DNA of 63,800 nucleotides, filler included, from Kipferlia bialata (Eukaryota), in NCBI GenBank assembly GCA_003568945.1. It is 8 parts of 7 records of this genome, joined end to end, with 100 filler letters (N's around TTAATTAATTAA, not from the genome) between each part and the next. Parts side by side here need not be neighbours in the genome. Positions count along the whole stretch, not along the records: positions 10,773 to 21,444 come from BDIP01001376.1; positions 21,545 to 32,215 come from BDIP01001377.1; 6 more parts are not named here. One strand, written 5' to 3'. Numbering within the stretch: the stretch's first letter is position 1; every line of letters starts with the position of its first letter. Below, piece after piece: positions 10,827 to 24,353 of the stretch. The notes beneath the pieces were generated by a model. The model ran no database searches. It had not been told where the DNA came from and was given only the letters and a program-made list of their open reading frames with translations. The translations under genes and the position numbers were made by a program.

Positions 10827-13617
10827 GACTGTGTCCCGTGCCTACAGGCAGGTGGAGGGTGCAGGGCAGATTAAGAGGCAGAAGGGCGAGTCAGACACCT
10901 TTGGCGAGAGAGAGACTGCCTCTGTACACCATGTCTCAGCTGGGGACAGGTGGGACCACATATCTATTGTACAGTGTCTGTGGCTGCATCACTCTCTCTG
11001 TCTTCTCACCCCAGACCTGCCTTCATGCGTGTGCTCCTTCCCCTCCTGGCCTGTAGGGCCACCCACTCAGCTGGCACCAAGAGCAGAGGGCAGTTTGTGG
11101 CAAGGTAATGGGACATGTTGGATGGTATATATCTCTTAACATGCCCCCCTGACCCCAGGCGCCGTGCCTCCGTGGCCTTTGCCCTCAGTGACAGTATGAG
11201 TGAGGCAGAGCTCAACAGCCTGGTCAGAGACATGCTGGCACCAGCAGGTAGGGGCATCTATACTGATAGACGGGTCTCTCTTTCCCATACTCACCCCCAG
11301 CCACTCTGATTGAGCGTGTGTCTGCCCTCGGGGGTGTCCTCCCCCCTGGGTCTGAGCTGGCCTCTGCCATATGCCGCATACCGGAGGGGGTGCTCAGGGG
11401 GCTGCTGGGTTCCGTGACTGCCGTGGGTGCCGAGCTGGGTCTAGCCCCCAAGGCCCAGGGCTTCGCTGTGCCTGCTGTCATGTCCATCCTGTGTGCCGCC
11501 ATGCTGCACCCCTCCTCCTCAGACATCAGGAGGATAGGCCTCAGGTCCATCAACAGCCTCATCAAGCCCCTCACCCCCCTAATCGACCTTTGGAGACAGG
11601 TGTTCAGTGTCGTAGGGCCTGTGCTGGATGAGAGAGTGGCCAGGGTAGCCGAGGGGGTGTCCACACACACCTCTCTGGTGGGCACATCTCCCATAGAGGC
11701 CCAGGCCGAGGAGGACTCAGAGTCAGAGGAGGAGACACAGGCCGTGGCCAACATCGACGGCCGCTTCTACCCAGGTGCAGTATCACATATCCTCTCTGTC
11801 TCTCTCTCTGCCATTACTCTCTCTCTCCCTCACCCCTAGGCTCCGGTCTCCACTCGATGGTCTGCACCCTTCTGTCCTGTGACAGTGACAGTCTGTTTGA
11901 GGCCTTTGTGTCTGCCGTGCCCTCAGCCCCCATGGCCCTGGTCAACCACATCCTGTCCGTGTTCCCTGCCAAGAAGCACGCCCCTGTCGTCATGTCCTTC
12001 AGAACACTGGCCCACATGCTAAAGAGAAGCAGAGAGAGGGCAGAGAGAGAGACAGAGAGGGCCGAGGAGGCTGAGGTGTCGATGGAGGGGGACGAGGATG
12101 TAGCACCCCTGCCCGTTCTGGTGGACAGGGCTACCTACCTCGACGTCCCAGCTGTGGTCTCTGCTCTGCTCAGATACTCTGCCCAGTACCCAGACAAGTA
12201 CGAGAGGACAGGCAAGAGCGGCAGTGGAGGCCATGTGCACTTCTCCAAGCTGGTGCAGGGTCTGTGCCAGTATGCCGTGCTAGGCCTCAAGAGCGAGGGA
12301 GAGGGACGCAGGGACACCACCGAGGTGCTGAGTCTCGCCCCCTCTCTGCTTCAGATGATGGCACCCCTCTGTGTGCAGGGCAAGGCAGCCACACCAGCCA
12401 GGGAGAGCGTCACACGTCTCATCCTATCTGCCGTGCCTGCTCTCACTGAGGGATCATCTCTGCTGGTCAGCTGTGAGACAACAGTCTCTAGGATGTGTTT
12501 CCTTCTTGCCAAGCCCCTGGCTCTCTGCCCCGCTCTATCCCCCGCCCTATCCGCTCTTGTTGATCTATACAGCGCAGCAGCTGAGACCCTGCCCTCCCTG
12601 TCACCCCTTGCCTGCCTGCCAGTGCTGCTGGGTACTGAGGGCCGCATGAACTCTCTAGTTGAGTCATCGACCTCCCAGCTGGCCACCCTGCATGGCATCA
12701 CTGTAGAGGCCAGGCAGTACCAGTACGGGGTGGTGGCACCCATCGTGTGTGGCCTGGTCAGAGTGCTGCTAGACGCTGACAAGGTGAGTGTGTGTCAACT
12801 GTCAACTGTCTGAAACACTATTATGCCTCTTCTATTGTATAGTCTGTAATTGCTACTAACCCCCCAGGACGGTGTTGTTAGGCACGGTGCTGCCAAGGCC
12901 ATTGCCCGCATCCTGGCCGAGACCCCCTTCCAGATGGAGACGGTGGGAGAGGACACCGAGGTCATATCCGTGGCCAGGTGCACGGCCAACGACGTGCTGA
13001 TCCCTGCCCTCAGGAGGACCATCCTCGACATCGCCCACACAGACCTGTACGTGTATACATACTTGTGTCTGTACAAGTCGTTCATATCCTCAAACTGAAG
13101 TGTATAAGTGTCTGACCCCAGGCTTGCCGACATCCACTCTGACTCCTGCCGCCACATTGTGCAGCTGATGTCACTGCTGGCAGTGTCCCCAGCTGGATAC
13201 CCGGCCCTCAAGTGAGTATATTACCACACATACACATACATACACCCACTCCTCCCCCCCTCACCCCCCAGGTCCATTGAGGATGCCGGTGTCCTCCCCC
13301 TCCTGGCCTCTGTATCTATCAAGGACAGGGCAGACGGGTGTGCCAGGCTGGGCCAGCTGGCCAGGAGAGACCCTTCTGCGTTGATGGGAAGGTATCCACC
13401 ATATTACTGTATATATGACTATTATGAAACACTTCTGCACTATGACCCCCCCTCACCCAGGCATGGCAAGCTATCCAACACTGTGCTGGCTCTCATTGTG
13501 CCCCTACTCCTGACATCTGTGGGAGACGCCTTCCGTACCAGTCACAACAAGCTGGTGTTTGCAGCTGTCACCTGTATCGGAGACATTGCCAGTGTCCTTG
13601 GGTGGGCCGACTACAAG
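10827..13617 (+). CDS. UTP20: UTP20 (U3 snoRNP/SSU processome HEAT-repeat protein), internal fragment
   Basis: DRPAFMRVLLPLLACR..GTKSRGQ..RRASVAFAL..IPEGVLRGLLGSV..DIRRIGLR resembles the DRIM region; LIVPLLL..HNKLVFAAVTCIGDIASVLGWADY resembles the YIMPY..HENITTAATEIIGAICKHLSWSAY block; canonical short introns. Confidence 0.7.
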
Positions 13618-13871
13618 GTGCGGGGGGATAGACTTGTCGCTTATATTACACTGACATGACCTACCCCCCCCCCCCCTCTCTCCCCCTCCCCCCCCCCCCC
13701 CCCCCCCCCCCCCCCAGGCCCCCCCCCCCCCCCCCCACCTCCGTACATTGCCATTTCTCTCCCTCTCTCTGTCTCTCGTTCTATTTTCACTCTGACACTC
13801 TTAAATGAGAAGACCTCATGTATCCTGCATGTCTCTCGCGTATCTCTCTATCTCCATCCTTCTTACACCAG

Positions 13872-16337
13872 AACCGGCAGTATCTCTCCTCAGAAGAGAG
13901 AGAGAGAGCTGCACTGGTGCGGAAGATCACTGAAGCAGCCACCCACAATCAGACACGCACACAGTATGCACAGTCAACAGGGGTCAAGCAGGGTCAGGTC
14001 CAGTCAAGCGCTGGGGGGCATAGCAGTCAGAGTGTCAGCTATGAGAGGTATGGGGAGGTGTCTAGCACTCTCCTAGCCGAGAGATGTCTCTCTCTCTCTC
14101 TCTCTCTCTCCCTCTACTTCAGCCTCCCTCTCTTTACCCCAGACAGGCCGCCAGCCGTGCGGCTCTCGTTCAGAGAGTAGAGAGAGAGAGACAAGCCCAG
14201 CTAGAGAAGGAGAGAGAGAGGCATGCAAAGGCAGAGAGAGAGAGACAGAGACAGAGACAGGCACCAGCAGCAGTCACTGTAAAGCCGGCCCAAGTCGAGG
14301 TATAGTTTCACACATACAAAAGTGTGATATTCCTACTGTTCTCTCCATTAACCAGTTCTTGTGACTCCATGTACATCTCTATCCTATACTGACCCAGGTC
14401 TATAGCAATGTGATCAAGAGGGGAGACAGACTGGCCCACGTGACACCAGGTAGGATCGTATAGATACACATGAATATATATGAATATGGTCACCAATATA
14501 TGTAGTTGTGTTTAATGTAATTGGGTATATATGTTGATTGGCCCACGTCACACTTGCTGGAAGTGCACACATATGCACATGTATATGGGTAGATTGATTG
14601 ATTGATTGATAAATGCATATATATGACCCTCACACCTAGGTCAGAAGATGCCAAAGGGTTACAAGATGGGAGTGAAATCTTTCATTTTCATTGATATGTA
14701 CAGATATCCTATGCATTATATAGATAGATAGATAGAGATAGATAGATGCATATATGTGACCCTCACCCCTAGGTCAGAAGATGCCAAGGGGTTTCATATA
14801 TATAGAGAAGGATTAGACTATATAATAATAGACTATATAATAATAGACTATATAGATGTATATATGACCCTCACCCCCAGGTCAGAAGATGCCCAGGGGG
14901 TACAAGATGGGGCCAATGACAGCCGCAGAGGTGAGAGACACTGAGTATATTGTAATACTCATACATATGTATGATGTGTATATATATCCTGACCCCCAGG
15001 CCAGGTGTCTCAGGATGGCCCTCTATGGCGGAGGCCTCACACCCAACCACTACAGGTGAGTGGTTATACATAACTAAATAGTGGGACATATTCACATATA
15101 CTATGTCATAATCATGTATCTACTCCTCATATTGACAGCCTTGTGGTGATTCTGGTATTCTCTCTCTCTATTAATATACACATATCTTCATATAGATATC
15201 CATCTACCCCCAGACAGATTGCACAGGCTCTCTGGGGTTTCAGCAGGGTGCAAGGGGGGTCAGAGGAGGCATGGAAGGCCGGTACGTGATGGATATACCC
15301 TGTCTCTATATATTTATTGTATCACCTAGCCACATCTCTCACTCCTCTCTCCCACTTTGGTGCTCTGCCCCCCGCCCCCTCTCTCTCATTCCATTTTTGT
15401 ATACATGTGTGTACCTGTCCCAGCCATATATGACCCCATCATGCACACCTGGATACTTCTCTCTCTCTCTCTCTCTCCATGAATACTTATATCAGGTCTG
15501 TATGACCCCATCCTGCACACCTGGATATATATATATACATATATGTATGTATGTACATACCATTGTATATGCACTGACCCCAGGCCTCTACGACCCCATC
15601 CTTCACACCTGGGAGTTCCACGACATCATGTCAACTACAATGGCCATAGGGGCATTCTGGAACGGTACGATATGTATATATTTTATGTGTGTGTCGGTTT
15701 TGGGACCCATTACTGTATTGCTCATACCCTAACCGGGGCCGTGTCACCTACCCTCTAAGTTCAATCTGTATATATTGAATATATATATATTTGTATAGAT
15801 AGTATACTGTATATATCCTAACCCTCAGGTCTCAGATAGAGTGACTGGGTCATCTACCTCATATATAAAGTATATTTTTTTATCATAGTATAGTATATAC
15901 ATACCTAACCCTCAGCCCTTAGATGGAGCAGTGACTGGGTCATCTACCCAGACTGGGCACAGAGACTATTGGAGAGGGTGCAGACGGCACTTGAGGTATA
16001 TATATATGTGTGTGTATGTGTGAAGAGAGAGAGAGAGAGAGAGACTGCTGGAGAGAGTGCAGACGGACTAGAGGTATGAGGCAGTAGTCTATCTCTCTCT
16101 TTCTCTCTCTACCTGTATTTATTGTATATTTGTGTCTCACCCTCAGGACTATATCACTGGAGCTCCGTACCCCAGTAGATCTGCCACTCTCTTTCGCTTT
16201 ATATGTATATATATATGTATAGACATTAGTATCATTATATCAGCTTGTATTTGTCTCACTCTCAGGACTACATCCCTGGTGACGCCATCAACCCACAAAC
16301 ACGCATATGCCAGACAAAGCTGGTATGTACATTTATG

Positions 16338-16384
<47 letters not shown>

Positions 16385-17444
16385 TCACGCATATGCCAGA
16401 CAAAGCTGGTATGTATATTGATGTATATATATAGAGAGAGAGAGAGAAAGCATATGCTAGACAAAGCTGGTGAGTTCACACCGTGAATATCATTCTACTT
16501 CATTCAAATTCACAGATGGAGAGTGCCAGTTTAGTATTACAAATGTATGGAGAAAGGCTACGAAGCTGTTTTCTTTTCATATCTATATTATGTGTCTATA
16601 TTATTCTCAATCTCTCTCTATCGTCTATATGTATTCATATATACTTTGCCACCTCTAACCCCCTAGGCCTGGATGTCGTCTGGTGTCTTTGCCGCTTTGG
16701 CCTTCTACCAGTCACGACCCATCAAGAAGGTAGTGTTTTCTCTCTCTCTCTTAATATATATACAAGTATATGTCCGGATATATATATCTAGTATCTATAT
16801 GTAGTATGTGTCCAATATCGGGACCTGGGAGTCCTGCTTCGTCTCTTGGTGCCCTTCTCTCTAATAATAGGTCCTCTGTGAGTCCCCTGTCCTTGTCCAC
16901 CTCTCTCTATATATATATATTCAAAGAAATGTATATATATATATATATATAAGGGAATATCTAATAGTAGGTCCTGTGTCAGTCCCCTGTGCTAGTCCAC
17001 CTCCTTAAGGTCTGGTCAGGCATATGCACCAGTGGCAGACCCACATTCTCAATGCATGAGCGGGTGAGTGCCTTATCTCTATATATATATTATTATGTAT
17101 GTATATATAGATACATTTGAACACTAAACTCAATATGCACCAGTGGCAGACCCACATTCTCAATGCATGAACGGGTTAGTACACAGTACTCTCTCTCTAT
17201 ATATATATGAGTATATATATATATGTATATATTTGAACACCAAGCTCTATATGCACCAGTGGCAGACCCACATTCTCAATGCATGAACGGGTGGGTGCAC
17301 AGTACTCTCTCTATATATGGACATTACTGTTTCTAGGCTCTTCGACTGTTTCATTCTTTGAAACTGTTACGTATGTCGTTGTCAACATGTTATTCTCACA
17401 AAGCCTTTAGACTCATGGGCAACGGCTTCCCTGTTAATTGTCTC

Positions 17445-17475
<31 letters not shown>

Positions 17476-18357
17476 CATTCTCAGAACATCTTTGAGCTCA
17501 TGGGCAACTCTCTGTCACAGCTGGCAAGAGGGGAGGGCGGAGAGGGTACGAATTTGTTATGGAATCCCCAGACGGATGTATTTTAGAACATTCCTTCATG
17601 GCAGAAATGGTAATAGTCTCGGACCCCAGACGCCGTGTCCCTGATCCAGTCCAACATGTATATAGTTCTTTATGAGTTTGTCTATTTATTGGTATTGCAT
17701 GTATCCCTTTGCCTGTGTGTCTCACCCCCAGACGCCGTCTCCCTGATCCGGTCCAGCCCCACAGCCCTGGAGGAGATACACTCTGTAGCCAACAGTGACA
17801 GGGTCAGCAAGGCGGACCAGGTTGGTGTATATGTATATATGTGTATATATGTTGTATATTATACATAATATAAGCATGGTATGTCTCTTACCCCTCAGGA
17901 CTACCTCCTGACCACCTTCCCCCACCCAGTACCAGAGGAGGAGACACACACAGAGGGTACGTATATATATATACACACACATACATATATCTATCTATTT
18001 AGGTATGTACCTATACATCCATAGAGGTCGGAGGAGGAGACACACACAGGGTACGTGTATGTTGATGCCATGCATTTATAGAGGTCTCTTTTGTTCACTC
18101 TATTCATATCTGTTTGAGGATTGCCCTCCCTCACCCCAGAGGAGACCCCTGCTGCCCCTGAGCCAGTTGTGGAGAGGGTCGGTACGCAGTGTATATATAT
18201 ATATACCACTAGGTCTAGTAACATGTATCTACACACCCAGCCTCCACAGGCTTTGTTGGGAGATTTCAATCTCTCTCTCTGTCTGTTATTATTCATCACT
18301 AACTCTCTCTTATCCTCAGCCCCCACCGTGACTGTCAATATATATATATACATTATG

Positions 18358-18400
<43 letters not shown>

Positions 18401-18914
18401 CTCTCTCCAAATCTACGTAGATGATATTTAACGTACACCTACATATATCCTCACCTCTCAGCCCCCACCGTGACAGTTGAGAGACAGAGAGTGGCCCCCC
18501 GACCTGCTGTGCTGCCTAGGGTGACAGTGTGCATGCACCACAGGAAGGTATGATCACTATTCTGTAGTATATATATATACAATATACTCATATAGTATAT
18601 GCATATAGTGTACATAGTGACAGTGTGTATGCACCACAGGAAGGTATGATCACTATTCTGTAGTATATATTATATGCTATATAGTATATAAAGTGTATAT
18701 CCAAATACTACATATATAGTATATATATATAGTGACAGTGTACATGCACCAGAGGAAGGTATGGACATTGTAGTGTATATATACCCATACATATATGTAT
18801 ACCCACCCTAGCTTTCTGACCTTGGCCCCAGACTGTGGCTGGAGTCGGTGGTGCCCCAGTGGTGTGCTAGGTATAAACATGAATGCATATATACACACAC
18901 ATATATATTATTAT

Positions 18915-18961
<47 letters not shown>

Positions 18962-19921
18962 TATTCATTTTGAATTCCTATATACATACCGGTCAGTGGT
19001 ACCCCAGTGGTGTGCTAGGTATGGACATGGATGCATATGTATATGCATGTCGCATATTCTACTTCTTTGATTTATATGATATATATATAGTCACCGCTAG
19101 GTCCATGGACCCCGAGGACCATTGTATACATCACACACACATATATATATGAAAATGTATATCTAGATATATAGGTATATATTAAGTATACCTACCCCTA
19201 GGTCCATGGACCCAGAGGACCATCTGTTGTACATCCATGTATATAGTTGCATTCATTTGTATTTCATACATATATAGTTGTCTGTATATGTCTGTACTGA
19301 CCCCTAGGTCCATGGACCCTATATATATATACTATATATATGTATATAGTATACTGATATCTAGGTCCATGGACCCTGAGGACCACCGTGTATATACCAC
19401 ACACACATATGTATGTATATGTGTTTACTTACAGCTAGGTCCATGGACCCCGAGGACCACCGTGTATATACCACACACACACTCATGTATATATTCATAT
19501 ACATTCATTTACATCTAGGTCCATGGACCCTGAGGACCACCGTGTCAGGGCATACCCAGCAGTCAGCGTCACAAGGCCCAGGAGGTATGGGTACATACAT
19601 ACATATATGTATATTCATACATAGCTAGGTATACACATTAATTCATGAATAATACATGTCACGGCCCAGGAGGTATGGGTACACATACGCATATACCTGA
19701 TTGCATGCAAAAGGGAAAGAACACGGTCATGTCTTTGTATATGATGTTCCATATACGCCTTCAGTGTATTGTGATTTTGTGTATCGAATCTCTTTCAATC
19801 TCACCCCTCCAGTGACCTCTCTGTGCGTAAGAAACAGAGCAGGGCCGTGAGGGCTAGGCGCAGTGTCACTCTGCTACCCGTCAACAGGACACCCGGTATA
19901 GTCACGGCCAGACACGAGTGA
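13872..19921 (+). CDS. Hypothetical protein with ~19 short exons and echo-filled introns, 5'-partial
   Basis: Exons join in frame: NRQYLSSEE..|QAASRAAL..|VYSNVIKRG..|GQKMPRGYK..|ARCLRMALY..|..|GLYDPILHTWEF..|ALRWSSDW..|DYIPGDA..|AWMSSG..|VLCQSP..MHER|NIFELMG..|..|RSMDPEDHRV..|SDLSVRKK..TARHE*. Confidence 0.7.
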
Positions 19922-20541
19922 GGTGTACCTACACAATAGTCAGAGGTGTACATACCCGACTAGAGAGTGTCTACACATGAGTAGAAGTGCACCTATAGAT
20001 ACTGATACTGATGCTGATACTGGGATAGTCACAGCCAGACACGAGTGAGGGTGCTGCTGTGTCCCTACACGACAGTCACAGCTAGATACGAGTGAGGGCA
20101 CTACTGTGTACATACCCGACTATTGAGTGGGTTTTACCGGAACTCTTCTCGTGTGTGATACTTTCCCATGGACAGTGACATTTGGGGGCGCTTGTATATG
20201 TGGTGATAGTATATAGGGAAGGTACTCTTACCGCCTGTTAAATAGACCCAGAGAAGACATGTTGGAATGTGTGAAAACGGAACTATATATTCTTCGGAAC
20301 CGATGTTCAGCACATGTCACACTCAATGACCGTGATCTATTGGCTACTTGGCCAAGGACTGAGGCGACTTGTGTATCTGATGAAGTGTTGGAGTTTACTC
20401 CTGATACAGCCTTATTGTGGTTCCCTTTCTCTTGTGCAGACTGAGTTCCACACGGGCCTCTTTTCCAGCGGTAGTCGGTAGCATAAAGGGTCCTCGGTTT
20501 CCTGTAACCGTGACATGTGAGCGGGATCTGGTGACGTTAAT

Positions 20542-21444
20542 TTATCCTTGACAATCTGATTCATGGGACTGAACTCTGGCAGTGAAGTCACTCTTGTAGA
20601 GGCTACACCCAGTTGCTGCGTAAAGTGTCCACTTGCTCAATACTGCTGGTACTATCAAGGTAAGCGTGTTGAAGTTGTCGTTTTGAGGATGAGTGTTCTG
20701 GACGTCTCCAACAGTCACTTCATTTTCTGTCACACCAGGACCCTCCACGAACCTGGCCTTACCAACCACTGTAGGTGCAGCATCACCAGTAGGTAAGGAT
20801 GCTCCAACTACGAGGGACTCTCCGACCGTTGCGCCACCCATGTGACACCCACTCAGGTCTGTGTCTCTCAGGTCTACTCTCTGCATGTCCCACCCTCCCA
20901 TGTCCACATCACTGATTGTGGCACCCTTCACACTCTTGACACTGAGTAGCTGCTCTAGAGTGAGACCTCTACCCCCTGTGAGGTTGCTGTTGCTGAGGTC
21001 ACAGTCAGTGAGGTTGGCGTCTGTCACTATACACCCAGTGAGGTCTGCGCCAGAGAAGTCTGACCCTCTGGCATCAGTACTACTCAGGTCAAGACCTGAA
21101 AGGGACATTTGAATGAGACTACATTCATTGATGGAAGATACCGAGCTAATATGTCCCACCGTCAGACCCTCAATAGAGGTGAGGTCACACTCAGTTAGAG
21201 CACTACCACTAACATCCCATTGGGATACATCTACACCCGCAAGGTCGGTAGCAGTGAGGGTGTGGTTGGTCCTGTCAATGGTGGGAAGACCAGTGTTAGC
21301 ACCACTGACTGCACAGTCTGTTAGGCGCATACCAGTCTGGTTGCAGTCGGTGAATGCTACGTTGACTAGTGTAGCACCTGATGTAGCAATGACGTTGCTG
21401 AGGTCACACTGTGTGAATGCACAGTCAAGCAGCGTGGCACAGTG
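20542..21444 (-). CDS. Pentapeptide-repeat protein, 5'-partial
   Basis: Intronless open frame to the contig end with A(D/N)Lxx-type repeats (SDFSGADLTGCIVTDANLTDCDLSNSNLTG, VDLRDTDLSG). Confidence 0.85.
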   Translation of the reverse strand, partial: HCATLLDCAFTQCDLSNVIATSGATLVNVAFTDCNQTGMRLTDCAVSGANTGLPTIDRTNHTLTATDLAGVDVSQWDVSGSALTECDLTSIEGLTVGHISSVSSINECSLIQMSLSGLDLSSTDARGSDFSGADLTGCIVTDANLTDCDLSNSNLTGGRGLTLEQLLSVKSVKGATISDVDMGGWDMQRVDLRDTDLSGCHMGGATVGESLVVGASLPTGDAAPTVVGKARFVEGPGVTENEVTVGDVQNTHPQNDNFNTLTLIVPAVLSKWTLYAATGCSLYKSDFTARVQSHESDCQG

Positions 21445-21544
21445 NNNNNNNNNNNNNNNNNNNNNNNNNNNNNNNNNNNNNNNNNNNNTTAATTAATTAA
21501 NNNNNNNNNNNNNNNNNNNNNNNNNNNNNNNNNNNNNNNNNNNN

Positions 21545-21591
21545 TCTCGTTTGCATCGAGAAGGCCGGGGGTTCGATTCCCTCCGAGTCCA
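21545..21591 (+). tRNA. trnA-UGC: tRNA-Ala(TGC), 3' part (5' end cut by contig start)
   Basis: Anticodon arm TCTCG-TTTGCAT-CGAGA, T-arm GGGGG-TTCGATT-CCCTC, 3' acceptor strand CGAGTCC-A with U70 and A73. Confidence 0.88.
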
Positions 21592-21886
21592 TATTTCTTA
21601 CTTCTCTCTGGACTTGTAAGTAATCATCAGTGTTTCCTCACGGCATCCCACCTGCCAATACGTCCTTACACTCTTACCTGCATACATACAAATTCATACA
21701 TATTATATCTATTCTGGGTAAACAACTCCCTCGCACTCACAAACTTCTCACACTGTTATAGTCACTGGCACCCTCACTATCAATCTCTACAGGTACTACA
21801 TGGGTCTCTCTCTCCCCCACTTCACCCTCTTTGGCCCCCTTAGAAGAGAACCTTCCACAGTCTCTCTCTCTCTCTCTACACCCCCA

Positions 21887-21997
21887 TTAGAAGAGCACCT
21901 TGTACAGGTACCACATCAGTCCCAGTAGTACAATGACAAGCACGATATCCATCAGGAACTTGTCACCAGATCTCATACGGGCCTGTAATAAGGGTGT

Positions 21998-22029
<32 letters not shown>

Positions 22030-22816
22030 AAGCACGATGTCCATTAGGAACTTGTCGCCTGATCTCATGCGTGCCTAAAATAAGGGTGTCGAAAGAGAGA
22101 GAGAAAGAAAGAGAGAGAGAATGTTGTACTCTACCTTGATCTCCCCGAGATTCTTGTTGTTCCCATGAAAAATGTATACATGGTGTAGAAAGGATAATGC
22201 ACTTGTATGTATGTACTTATGTATGTATTACCTTGATCTCCCGGAGGTTCTTGTTGTTCCTGCTGAGGTCCTCGTTGACCTCAGAGACCTGACAATTAGT
22301 ACTACTTATATCATAATTACACTCTTATAATGACATTCTGTAACACAATAATACTCTCAAGACTCAAAATGAATGTCATCATAGCATACTGTGTAATATA
22401 TATAATACAATAATAATACGTAGAGTATATATGTACCCATATTAATATACATACCTGAGTGTTGAGGTTGGACACAATCTGGCCCTGAATTCAATAGTTA
22501 GTTCTATATATATATATATATAGAACGTATATAATTATATAGACAGAGAGTAAGCATATAAAAAGATAGTATACTAGCATATATATACATACCTGAGTGT
22601 TGAGGTTGGACACAATCTGGCCCTGCAGACGGAGCTCATACATATGGATAGTACCTTAGAACACTAGCATATATAATAGACATATACTATATCAATATAT
22701 ATATATATATATACCTGTGTGTTGAGGTTGGACACAATCTGGCCTTGCAGACGGAGCTCATACATATGGATAGTACCTTAGAACACTAGCATATATAACA
22801 GACATATACTATATCA

Positions 22817-22854
<38 letters not shown>

Positions 22855-22989
22855 GAGTGTTGAGGTTGGACACAATCTGGCCCTGCAGACGGAGCTCATC
22901 ACCAATGTCTGGGGGTTAAAGGGTGTAGAGAGAGAGAGACAGACAGACAGACGGAGCTCATCGCCAATATCTGGGGGTAATAGGGTGTA

Positions 22990-23026
<37 letters not shown>

Positions 23027-23880
23027 GGTGTCATCACCAATGTATTGTGTTTGGGGAATGTGATTTATTCTTGGTCCTTGACCAGCTAGTATATACATAC
23101 TATACATATGTGTAGTACACATAATAGAAATGGATAAACAAATTCAATTAATATATCAACATACCCTGAGCCTGTGTCTTGACCCTGACCAGCTTGTCCT
23201 GGATCTGCTCAAGCTTCCTGGGATTAAGGGTGTAGAGAGAGAGAGAGAGACACTACAGGGAGACTAGGGGTGTAGAGGGAATATTTGTGAATGGCATCTC
23301 AAGCTCTCCTAGGGGGTGGAAAAGGGGTGCACGGGGGGAGAGAGAGAGTGAGAGAGAGAGAGAGAGTACTGGCTACCTATCTATTCCCTGGTCCTGCCCA
23401 TTTAACAGAAGAGAAACGTAGGGGGAAAGGGGTGTAGGGGGGATTTCAATATCAATACACTTATATATATATATGTAGAGAGAGAGAGATACCTGTCAAT
23501 GTTCTGGTCCTGCTCATGGAGCACGGCCTGCTGGGTCTCAAGGTCACCTGAAATAAGGGTGTAGAGGGAGAGAATTAAGGGTGTAGAGGGAGAGAGAATG
23601 GTAAAAATAAGGGTGTAGTAGTAGAGGGAGAGAGTACAGGGTCCTGACGTACCGTCAATCTCTGGGAGGAGCTCGTCCACGGTGACTCTCTCCCTAGGGG
23701 TGAGAAAAGGGTGTAGAGAGAGAGATACTCCACACAAATAGCGAGGGAGATGGAGAGGGGGATGTGAATCGTAGATCCTTAATGAGAAATACTTGATATA
23801 TATGGTATGATCCTCAAATATGAATATAGATGTCTGTACCTAGTGTTCCTCCTTCAGAACAGTCTGGACACCAGTCTGGA

Positions 23881-23926
<46 letters not shown>

Positions 23927-24313
23927 ACGAATACCTAGTGTTCCTCTTTCCCACCAGTCTGGACACCACAGAGTCAGAGGCAGCACCAGCCCTGAAATAA
24001 GGGTCTAGAGAGAGAGAGAGAGAGAATACACTGCTAAGGGTACAGGAACATACCTTCCACCAGCCTCAGCTGAGGCACCAGCCCTCTTGTTCCTCTCGAC
24101 ATATCTGGTGTTAGGATATTGGCATAAACATATGTTCCATTTGTATTAATATACTCTCGACACAACTGAGGTTATGAGTATAATGAATAAATATGTATAT
24201 ACAAATTGTATAAATAAAAACCTGTTTCTCTCCAGGGCCTCACACTGCTCAATGTGCCTGTATACAGTATACATACATACACATATATACCTACTACTGT
24301 ATGTATATATATT

Positions 24314-24353
<40 letters not shown>

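Noticed and set aside
19090..19560. Repeat-spacer pattern resembling a CRISPR array
   Set aside because: Repeats are copies of a splice acceptor plus exon start, spacers are variable (TA)n filler, and the context is eukaryotic with no cas genes
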